DNA of 38,240 nt from an uncultured Clostridia bacterium (GTDB lineage: Bacteria > Bacillota > Clostridia > TANB77 > CAG-508). The notes under the pieces were generated by a model. It was not told where the DNA came from and ran no database searches. It saw nothing but the letters and a program-made list of their open reading frames with translations. The translations under genes and the position numbers were made by a program. The stretch covers positions 1 to 38,240 of the forward strand of contig CANQYG010000002.1 of NCBI GenBank assembly GCA_947628015.1, in the 5' to 3' direction. Shown here piece by piece: positions 1 to 6,765 of the stretch. The first letter of the stretch is position 1, and the number at the start of each line of letters is the position of its first letter.

Positions 1-1
1 T

Positions 2-658
2 AATTGGGTATGGGCGAATAGTGATGGTGGTAATAAAGGAGGCTATGGAAAGGCAGAGTATACTTATTCAGATGGAAAGACTAAAGCACAAATGGTATAT
101 TTGTATATAAGACCAGGATATACAACGACAAATACTAAGATAATAGTAGGAACAGAAAATGAAATAAAGAATAACACATTACAAGGAAAAACATTTTTAG
201 GAGTAGCAGGAACAGCGACATCAGATGCGACAGCAGGAGCAGGAGATATATTAAGTGGAAAGACAGCATATGTAAAGGGAGCAAAGATAAATGGAAGTAT
301 GGCAAATAGAGGTTCACCAAAAGTAACTTTAAATGCGGGAAAATCATATTCGATACAAGCAGGATATTATGGAGGTGGTACTATAACTGCTGCTAATATG
401 AATGGACAGCTAAATATTTCTGGTAAAGTGAGTGTGAGTGAAGGATTTGTTGCTCCTTATGATAGTTTACTTATTGCCGCGCATACCGATGGTAGTAATG
501 GTGGAGCTTGGTGCTATGTTTCTGACGGGACAACATTCGGAAATGGTGAGGACCATATGGGTCCTAATATAATTGCAAGAGTTTTGAGCAAAGGTCTTAA
601 ATTAACAAATGTAAATGGTAGAGGTGGACGTGTATTTGCATTTATTCCGTTTAATTAA
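2..658 (+). CDS. 3' part of a larger secreted/surface protein with tail-fibre-like Gly/Ala/Thr-rich repeats (5' end lies outside the window)
   Basis: The frame of the 92..658 ORF stays open back to position 2 (NWVWANSDGGNKGGYGK...). It carries motifs such as GTATSDATAGAGDILSGKTAYVKGAKINGSMANRG and SYSIQAGYYGGGTITA, typical of phage tail-fibre-like repeat proteins. It is followed by switch copy 1. Confidence 0.5.
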   Translation, partial: NWVWANSDGGNKGGYGKAEYTYSDGKTKAQMVYLYIRPGYTTTNTKIIVGTENEIKNNTLQGKTFLGVAGTATSDATAGAGDILSGKTAYVKGAKINGSMANRGSPKVTLNAGKSYSIQAGYYGGGTITAANMNGQLNISGKVSVSEGFVAPYDSLLIAAHTDGSNGGAWCYVSDGTTFGNGEDHMGPNIIARVLSKGLKLTNVNGRGGRVFAFIPFN

Positions 659-690
659 ATTAGGATTAAAATTAAGATATATTGAATTTA

Positions 691-878
691 ATTAAGCTAA
701 AAACTTAATAAAAAATTAATATGTAAAAAATATAGCATAATGAATGGGGAAAAGCAAGGAAATAAAAAAGAAAAATATATCACAATTTGATAAAAAATGA
801 AAAGCAAAAAATCTTAGAAAAGCTTAGGACAAGCTGATTATAAGATTTTTTGCTTTTTTATTAAGTTTTTAGCTTAAT
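691..878. promoter_or_regulatory. IR-bounded switch-like element, copy 1 (candidate invertible promoter)
   Basis: Perfect 25-bp inverted repeat attaagctaaaaacttaataaaaaa (691-715) / ttttttattaagtttttagcttaat (854-878) encloses 138 bp. Inside is a minus-strand promoter TTGCTT-17 bp-TGcTATATT (757 down to 729) facing away from the gene. Also inside is an A-tract/stem/T-tract hairpin (800-816 with 841-857; inner AGCTT/AAGCT stem). Confidence 0.6.
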
Positions 879-916
879 AAAAATAACATAATGTAAAGGA
901 AAGGATATGAAAACAA

Positions 917-2077
917 ATGAAAGTTAAGAAAATACAAGAAAAAGAAAAAATCAAATTACAACTAAAAAATAAGAAAAAAGTACAGAAATTAAAAGAAAAA
1001 GGTATAACATTAATAGCACTAGTAGTAACAATAATAATATTGTTAATTTTAGCAGGAGTGACATTAAATATGGCAATGTCAGGAGATGGTTTATTTAGTA
1101 GAGCAAGAAATGCAGCAGAAAAATATAAAAAAGCCCAAGAAGATGAATCACAACTAATAAGTGAAATAGGAAAGGAAATGAATATCGAATATGTTGGAGC
1201 ATATATAACAGGATATACTCCAACAAGTGGTTCATGCACAATAACAGGAGAACAATCAGGAACAGATGCAGATCAAACATTTGAAACTACTAAAGAACAA
1301 GAAAATGAAAAAGAATTAAAATGGAGAATTTGGGACTATGATGGAACAACATTAAGGATAATATTAGATAAAGCCACGACACAAACCCTAAAACTAAAAG
1401 GAGCAGCAGGATATAATAATGGAGTGTATTTAATAAATGAAGTATGTAGGCAATGTTTTGGACAATACGAAGGAGATAATGATAATAAAAAAATGAAAGA
1501 AGGAATAAGTGTAGCAAATTTAAGAAGAAGTGATATAGAAAAGGTAAGTAAATATGATTATACGAAATATAAACATAAACCAAGTAGTTGGTTAGAAGTA
1601 TTTGATAATAATTTAGAGGAAAATTTAATATATTATGGCGATACAAAAGAAGATAAGAATAATTTTCAAGCACCAACTATGTGGAGTAATTATGATTCTA
1701 AATGGAATTATAATTATAACAAACGAACAGATACTAGTTCAGGGAATGCAAGTTGTGAAACTCCATGGGAACAAGAAAATGGAAGTAAAACAGAGAATGA
1801 TAATACATTACAAATGACTGAATTCAAACAATCATATTATTCTCATGAGTATAAAGGAAAAGAAAATGAATTTAAAAATTTGAAATATTATGATATGATT
1901 TTTACTAAAGAATTTAATGATGATCCAGAATATGGATACTGGCTTGCCGGACGTTACGTTGGTTTATATGAAGAATATTGTGATTTTGGATTACATCTTG
2001 TTAGTGGCTCTAATAATAGAAGACTTGTGAACGGGTGGTTGTTACTTGATACAAAACGGAAATATTTACGAACATAA
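917..2077 (+). CDS. Pilin-like N-terminally anchored surface protein, paralog A (apparently frameshifted near the 3' end)
   Basis: 386-aa ORF. It has a Lys-rich leader then KEKG|ITLIALVVTIIILLILAGVTL (prepilin-like hydrophobic helix). It is homologous along its length to the 9985..11226 product. SD AAAGGAAAGGA lies upstream. The homologous C-terminal tail continues in another frame. Confidence 0.7.
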   Translation: MKVKKIQEKEKIKLQLKNKKKVQKLKEKGITLIALVVTIIILLILAGVTLNMAMSGDGLFSRARNAAEKYKKAQEDESQLISEIGKEMNIEYVGAYITGYTPTSGSCTITGEQSGTDADQTFETTKEQENEKELKWRIWDYDGTTLRIILDKATTQTLKLKGAAGYNNGVYLINEVCRQCFGQYEGDNDNKKMKEGISVANLRRSDIEKVSKYDYTKYKHKPSSWLEVFDNNLEENLIYYGDTKEDKNNFQAPTMWSNYDSKWNYNYNKRTDTSSGNASCETPWEQENGSKTENDNTLQMTEFKQSYYSHEYKGKENEFKNLKYYDMIFTKEFNDDPEYGYWLAGRYVGLYEEYCDFGLHLVSGSNNRRLVNGWLLLDTKRKYLRT

Positions 2078-2183
2078 TTTTCCACTTCGACCAATAGTTT
2101 CTATTAATCTAAAAAATAGTGGATATAACTTAGTAAAAAATAATGATAATGAAAATTATGAATTGATAAAAGAAAATATATAG
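2031..2183 (+). pseudogene. Displaced C-terminal segment of paralog A in the +1 frame
   Basis: The frame open from 2031 encodes TGGCYLIQNGNIYEHNFPLRPIVSINLKNSGYNLVKNNDNENYELIKENI*. This matches the C-terminus of paralog C (KKLRPIVSINLKSSGYSLKK...). The intrinsic terminator sits just after this stop, not after the 2077 stop. Confidence 0.6.
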
Positions 2184-2188
2184 AAGGG

Positions 2189-2218
2189 GTCACTCAGTAA
2201 AAAGCTGAGTGACTTTTT
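2189..2218 (+). terminator. Rho-independent terminator of paralog A
   Basis: Stem gtcactcag (2189-2197), loop taaaaag, stem ctgagtgac (2205-2213), then TTTTT. Confidence 0.75.
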
Positions 2219-2245
2219 GACTTGACTTTTTATAAATTCTATAAT
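2217..2245 (+). promoter_or_regulatory. SigA-type promoter for the Cys-rich gene
   Basis: TTGACT (2217-2222), 17-bp spacer, TATAAT (2240-2245). Confidence 0.5.
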
Positions 2246-2271
2246 AATTTATATTTTAGAAGGTGACAGTT

Positions 2272-3030
2272 ATGGTATATGTAGATAATTTTGGAAATAT
2301 AATTGAAAATTCTAATATAAACTTTTCTAATATTGATTCTATAAATTTTGAATTAGATAAAAAGTATAAAAGTACTAATCCAGCACTAAGTATTAAATTT
2401 TCTAATAATATTGAAAAAAATATAAAATATATACAGAAATTATTAGATTTTCAAAAATTACATATAGACTTTATGACGGAATATAATGGCAAAAAAATAA
2501 AATATGTAATTTCTAATTACAATAATGATGTGAAAATAGCATTAAAAGCACTTTTCATAAATAATTCTAAAAAACAATATTTATTTTTATATGATAACAT
2601 TTTTAAATCTTTAGATATATTGTGGAATAAAAATAATCCATGTAAATTTTGCAATAATATATGTTCTGCATCAAAAAATAATAAATCAGCATATAAAGAA
2701 AATGGATGTTGCTATTCATTTGACTATTCTAAAAATATATTCAAATTTATTGATAATGTAAAATTATGCAAATATCTTGGTAAAGATAAAAATTGTATGA
2801 CAGAGAATATATCTTGTAAATTTTTTGCATGCAATTATTTAAAAAGAAATAATATATTTAATATTGATATGAAAAATTATATTCTTGTTCAAGCTTTCTT
2901 TAATAAAAAGCAAAAATTAGTTTTGAAATATAATTATTTTAAATCTAAAGAGGAAATTATAGAAAAACTTATAGAAAAAAATAATACACCATTTTTAATA
3001 TATTATTTTTTTAGTAAATATAGAATATGA
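2272..3030 (+). CDS. Cysteine-cluster protein, YkgJ/UPF0153 (CxxCxxCC, FliB-like) family candidate
   Basis: The ORF track starts at GTG 2263, but ATG 2272 has better SD spacing (GAAGGTG acagtt ATG). Cys pattern is C-x2-C-x3-C ... CC ... C-x8-C-x6-C-x4-C. The family call is from motif memory only. Confidence 0.45.
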   Translation: MVYVDNFGNIIENSNINFSNIDSINFELDKKYKSTNPALSIKFSNNIEKNIKYIQKLLDFQKLHIDFMTEYNGKKIKYVISNYNNDVKIALKALFINNSKKQYLFLYDNIFKSLDILWNKNNPCKFCNNICSASKNNKSAYKENGCCYSFDYSKNIFKFIDNVKLCKYLGKDKNCMTENISCKFFACNYLKRNNIFNIDMKNYILVQAFFNKKQKLVLKYNYFKSKEEIIEKLIEKNNTPFLIYYFFSKYRI

Positions 3031-3052
3031 GATATATTAAAGAATATTATAA

Positions 3053-3245
3053 TTTATTAATGTAAAAACTTAATAAAAATTAATATATGAAAAATATAGC
3101 ATAGTATAAGTATAAAATCAAGAAAATAAAAATTAAAAGTTTGTAATAATTTAATAAAAAATGAAAAGTAAAGATTTTATAAAAAGCTTGAGGAAAGCTG
3201 ATTATAAGATTTTTTACTTTTTTATTAAGTTTTTACATTAATAAA
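3053..3245. promoter_or_regulatory. IR-bounded switch-like element, copy 2 (candidate invertible promoter)
   Basis: Perfect 27-bp inverted repeat tttattaatgtaaaaacttaataaaaa (3053-3079) / tttttattaagtttttacattaataaa (3219-3245) encloses 139 bp. Inside is a minus-strand promoter TTGATT-17-TGcTATATT (3121 down to 3093). An imperfect hairpin spans about 3164-3221 with an inner AGCTT/AAGCT stem (3185-3189 / 3195-3199). Confidence 0.6.
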
Positions 3246-3279
3246 AATAACATAATGTGAAAATGGAGGTTTTAAACAA

Positions 3280-4110
3280 ATGAAATGTAAGGAAACACAA
3301 GAACAAGAAAAGATTAATTTACAGTTAATAAATAAGAAAAAAGTACAAAAATTAAAAGAAAAAGGAATAACATTAATAGCATTAGTAGTAACAATAATAA
3401 TCTTATTAATATTAGCAGGAGTAACATTAAATATGGCACTATCAGGAGATGGACTATTTAACAAAGCAAAATTAGCAATAAATAAATATGATGTAGCAAG
3501 TGAACAAGAAGTATTACAACAACAAATAATAGAATATCAAATGGATAATAATATAGATAAAATAGGAGAAAAATTAACAAATAGAAGTGTAACAGATAGC
3601 AGTTGGAAGGTAATACAATTAAATAATTCAGATAAAAACTATGGAACAAATTATTACTATATACAAAAAGATATTGCTGAGATACCTAATTATGGAAAAG
3701 CAAAATATAATTGGGTAATGAATTATGAAACAGGAGAAGTAATAAATATAGAAGAATATACAAAATTAGATGGTAATTCAGGAATATCAGTAACAGATAA
3801 CATAGCTTTGAATATAAATCCAATAAATTTGAGTGATAAAACTTCATGGGGAAGTAATGTAAATTTTATTGGTAATGAAGAAGAATCGGAAAACTCAGGA
3901 GTACAAGGAACAGAATTAAAATTTGATGGAATAGATGACTACCTAAAAATAGATAATGTAAAAATTGAAGAAAATGATGGAATTACATTTGAGTTTTATG
4001 GTACATTTGACGGAGACTGCTTGTATCCTCTTGAGGCATTAAAGATTAATGAAGATAATGTACCTTGTGGTGTGAAAGGATTTAGGATGGAGGTTCGGTT
4101 GGGCAAATGA
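3280..4110 (+). CDS. Pilin-like N-terminally anchored surface protein, paralog B, N-terminal portion (frame-disrupted)
   Basis: It has the same leader and hydrophobic helix as paralogs A and C (KEKGITLIALVVTIIILLILAGVTL). The C-terminal part begins a LamG/concanavalin-like domain (ELKFDGIDDYLKIDN...), which continues in the next ORF in another frame. Confidence 0.7.
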   Translation: MKCKETQEQEKINLQLINKKKVQKLKEKGITLIALVVTIIILLILAGVTLNMALSGDGLFNKAKLAINKYDVASEQEVLQQQIIEYQMDNNIDKIGEKLTNRSVTDSSWKVIQLNNSDKNYGTNYYYIQKDIAEIPNYGKAKYNWVMNYETGEVINIEEYTKLDGNSGISVTDNIALNINPINLSDKTSWGSNVNFIGNEEESENSGVQGTELKFDGIDDYLKIDNVKIEENDGITFEFYGTFDGDCLYPLEALKINEDNVPCGVKGFRMEVRLGK

Positions 4111-4111
4111 G

Positions 4112-4531
4112 GTGGTTACTTGCTGCTTCGGAATTGGAGATAGCGAGAGCGATATCAAAGATAATTATAGAGGACAACACTGGTTTACCTTTGAGAATAT
4201 TGGTTCGATAAAAAGTAATACTCCTGTCTATTTTTCGATTTCTGTTAATTATAAAACTGGTAGTGTTAATTTGTATTGGATGGGAGAGAATGGTACACTT
4301 ATTTGTAGAAGTACAATATGTTCTACGGAATATTTGAATAAAGGTAGAGAACTTATGAAGGACGCATCATATTGTGTTGGTGGTTATTATGGAGGAAATA
4401 ATCCTCATGCGTCATATTCTAAGATGAATTTGTATGCTTGTAGATTATATAATAGGATATTAGATTCTACAGAGGTAGAAAGAAACTTTAATGAAAGCAT
4501 TAATTATCGTAAATATTTAATGGAAAATTGA
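4112..4531 (+). CDS. C-terminal LamG/concanavalin-A-like lectin domain fragment of paralog B (frame open from 4076)
   Basis: It ends with the LamG_3-like signature ...SKMNLYACRLYNRILDSTEVERNF. It has no SD of its own. It overlaps the end of 3280..4110 in the +1 frame. Confidence 0.6.
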   Translation: MVTCCFGIGDSESDIKDNYRGQHWFTFENIGSIKSNTPVYFSISVNYKTGSVNLYWMGENGTLICRSTICSTEYLNKGRELMKDASYCVGGYYGGNNPHASYSKMNLYACRLYNRILDSTEVERNFNESINYRKYLMEN

Positions 4532-4581
4532 AAATAAAATTTGTAATTATTTTTAATAAAGAAAAATATATTATTGAATAA

Positions 4582-4630
4582 AAAAGATTCTAATGAAGTG
4601 AATTTGTAAAATCATAATTAGAATCTTTTT
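4582..4630 (+). terminator. Rho-independent terminator after paralog B
   Basis: aaaagattctaat (4582-4594) pairs with attagaatctttt (4617-4629), followed by a T-run. Confidence 0.6.
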
Positions 4631-4666
4631 ATATTGATTAATCAAAGATTTCAGCAATAATTCATA

Positions 4667-4695
4667 TTGATTAATTAAGGCTTTTTTGATATAAT
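4667..4695 (+). promoter_or_regulatory. SigA-type extended -10 promoter immediately upstream of uvrC
   Basis: TTGATT (4667-4672), 17-bp spacer, TGaTATAAT (-10 at 4690-4695). Only 6 nt separate the -10 from ATG 4702. Confidence 0.5.
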
Positions 4696-4701
4696 ATACT
4701 T

Positions 4702-6555
4702 ATGTTTAATATAGAAAAAGAGTTAAAAAAGTTACCTACAAAACCGGGTGTATATATTATGCATGATAAAAATGACAAAATTATATATGTTGGTAAAGCT
4801 ATAAATTTAAAAAGAAGAGTAACTTCATATTTTAGAAAAACAAATAAAACTCAAAGAATACTTAATATGGTAGCATTAATAGACCACTTTGAGTATATTG
4901 TTTGTGATAATGAAGCAGAAGCACTTATTTTGGAATGTAATCTAATAAAGAAAAACATGCCAAAATTTAATGTGCTTCTTAAAGATGACAAAACATATCC
5001 ATATATAAAAATAAATGTTAAAGCAGATTTTCCAGACGTATATATAACGAGAAAAATTTTAAATGATGGAGCAAAATATTTTGGACCTTATGCAAATGCT
5101 GGAGCTGCGAAGGAAATGGTTGATTTTATCAAATCAAAGTTTAAAATTAGACAATGCAAAAATTTTAAATATAAAGATAGAGCATGTTTAAATTATCACA
5201 TAAAAAAATGTTTAGCACCTTGTATGGGCTATATTTCTAAAGAAGATTATGCTAAACAAATAAATCAGATAGTTTCAGTTTTAGATGGCAAAACTGATGA
5301 TGTTTTAAAAGAATTAAAAAGTGAGATGGAATTAGCATCTTCTAAACAAGAATTTGAAAAGGCAGCAAGACTTAGAGATGAACTTTTTGCAGTTGAAAAT
5401 ATTTCTCAAAAACAAAAAGTTTCTAATATTTCAGATAATGATATTGATGTAATAGGAATTGCAAGAAATGATTTTGAAATATGTGTAGAAATATTTTACA
5501 TTAGAAATAGCAAAATGGTTGGTAGAGATAATTTCTTCTTAAAAGGTCTAAATGACGAAAGTGATGAAGAAATAATTTCAAATTTCATTAAACAGTATTA
5601 TGTTGGAAGAACATTTCTACCAAACAAAATAATGATAAGAAATGATTTTGAAGAAAGAGATTTACTTGAAATTTGGCTTACAAATGAAGCGGGTAGAAAG
5701 CTTGAAATTAAAGTTCCACAAAAAGGTGAGAAAATAAAACTTGTTGAAATGGCAGAAAATAATGCTCAAATTTCTCTAGATAACAAAGAAAAATCTAACA
5801 AAAATGTTATTGTAGAAATGAAAGATACCTTAAATTTACCGAAACTTCCTAGAAAGATTGAAGCTTTTGATATATCAAACATTTCAGGAGAGTATATGGT
5901 TGCTGGAATGTCTGTTATGATAGATGGTGTTATAAAGAAAAATTTAGGAAGAAGATTTAAGATAAAAACTGTTTATTCTCAAGATGATCCGAAATGTATG
6001 GAAGAAGTCGTAACGAGAAGGCTTAGACATTCTGTAGAACTTACTGATGATGAAAAGAAAGCTTTACCAGATGATGTCAGAGAAAAATATGATAATTCAA
6101 AAGGTTTTGGAAAATTACCGGATTTAATATTAGCAGATGGAGGAATTACACAAATTAAGGCTATCCTTAAAGCTATAAAAAATATAGAAAATGAAATAGG
6201 AAAAAAGCTAAATATTAGTGTATATGGAATGGTTAAAAATGATAAACACCAAACAAGAGCATTAATGGATGAAAAAAGGCAGGAAATAGAGATTTCTGAA
6301 GATATATTTAATCTTATTACAAATTTCCAAAACTCAGTACACGATACTGCTATTGGATATCACAAATTCTTAAGAGATAAGTCAATGAGCAAGTCAAGAT
6401 TAGATGATATATCAGGAATAGGAACAGTAAAGAAATTAGCACTTTTAAAACAGTTTGGAAGCATTGAAAATATAAAAAATGCAGAGATTGAAGAGATAGC
6501 AAAAGTAAAAGGAATAAATGAATCTTTAGCAAAAGAAATAAAAGATAATTTGTAA
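4702..6555 (+). CDS. uvrC: Excinuclease ABC subunit C
   Basis: 617 aa. N-terminal GIY-YIG motif (PGVYIMHDKNDKIIYVGKAINLKRRVTSYF), UvrC architecture and a C-terminal HhH region. Confidence 0.95.
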   Translation: MFNIEKELKKLPTKPGVYIMHDKNDKIIYVGKAINLKRRVTSYFRKTNKTQRILNMVALIDHFEYIVCDNEAEALILECNLIKKNMPKFNVLLKDDKTYPYIKINVKADFPDVYITRKILNDGAKYFGPYANAGAAKEMVDFIKSKFKIRQCKNFKYKDRACLNYHIKKCLAPCMGYISKEDYAKQINQIVSVLDGKTDDVLKELKSEMELASSKQEFEKAARLRDELFAVENISQKQKVSNISDNDIDVIGIARNDFEICVEIFYIRNSKMVGRDNFFLKGLNDESDEEIISNFIKQYYVGRTFLPNKIMIRNDFEERDLLEIWLTNEAGRKLEIKVPQKGEKIKLVEMAENNAQISLDNKEKSNKNVIVEMKDTLNLPKLPRKIEAFDISNISGEYMVAGMSVMIDGVIKKNLGRRFKIKTVYSQDDPKCMEEVVTRRLRHSVELTDDEKKALPDDVREKYDNSKGFGKLPDLILADGGITQIKAILKAIKNIENEIGKKLNISVYGMVKNDKHQTRALMDEKRQEIEISEDIFNLITNFQNSVHDTAIGYHKFLRDKSMSKSRLDDISGIGTVKKLALLKQFGSIENIKNAEIEEIAKVKGINESLAKEIKDNL

Positions 6556-6622
6556 AATAAAGTCATACGATTAAGGTTATAAATAGTAATCCTTTCGAAT
6601 ATATTTAATATTAGGAGGGATT

Positions 6623-6727
6623 ATGAGTAAAAAAATTTTTATATGTTTAGTTGTACTTGCAATAATTGTACAAGCTATTTTAGGAGTAATGATTTTTAAT
6701 TTTATAAATTTATTAATGCTAGTATAA
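6623..6727 (+). CDS. Small hydrophobic peptide (34 aa), unannotated in the ORF track
   Basis: AGGAGGG lies just upstream of the ATG. Product is MSKKIFICLVVLAIIVQAILGVMIFNFINLLMLV, a single predicted TM helix. Confidence 0.35.
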   Translation: MSKKIFICLVVLAIIVQAILGVMIFNFINLLMLV

Positions 6728-6765
6728 ATTAAAATATCAGCTTAAGGGAAGAAAGGAACGAAAAA

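Noticed and set aside
691-878. Reading the IR-bounded ~190-bp elements as MITE-like non-autonomous transposons
   Set aside because: Sequence identity between copies continues beyond the right IR, through the leader and into the first ~65 codons of the downstream gene. So the duplicated unit is switch plus gene 5' end, not a self-contained insertion. No convincing target-site duplications could be identified in the AT-rich flanks. This reading cannot be fully excluded without genome-wide copies.
879-916. A fixed SigA promoter between the right IR and the paralog start (TTAAGT-17-TAACAT, or CATAAT at 887-892)
   Set aside because: The hexamers are poor matches to consensus and could arise by chance in AT-rich sequence. 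It is kept as a caveat to the switch model rather than reported as a feature.
907-927. Tiny upstream ORFs overlapping the paralog start codons (MKTNES at 907-927; MEVLNK at 3263-3283)
   Set aside because: They are not conserved: copy 3 has no ATG at the equivalent position. In copy 2 the ATG overlaps the GGAGG that serves as the SD. They are most likely chance ORFs.
2075-2183. In-frame stop-codon read-through of TAA 2075-2077 joining paralog A to its conserved tail
   Set aside because: On recounting, the conserved tail (FPLRPIVSINLK...) starts at 2079 in the +1 frame, not in the frame of the TAA. The in-frame continuation after the TAA hits another stop after nine codons.
4560-4701. SOS (LexA/Cheo box) control of uvrC
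   Set aside because: No CGAAC-N4-GTTCG-like sequence is present upstream of uvrC. Only the AT-rich TTGATTAATCAA palindrome is seen, and it does not match that consensus.
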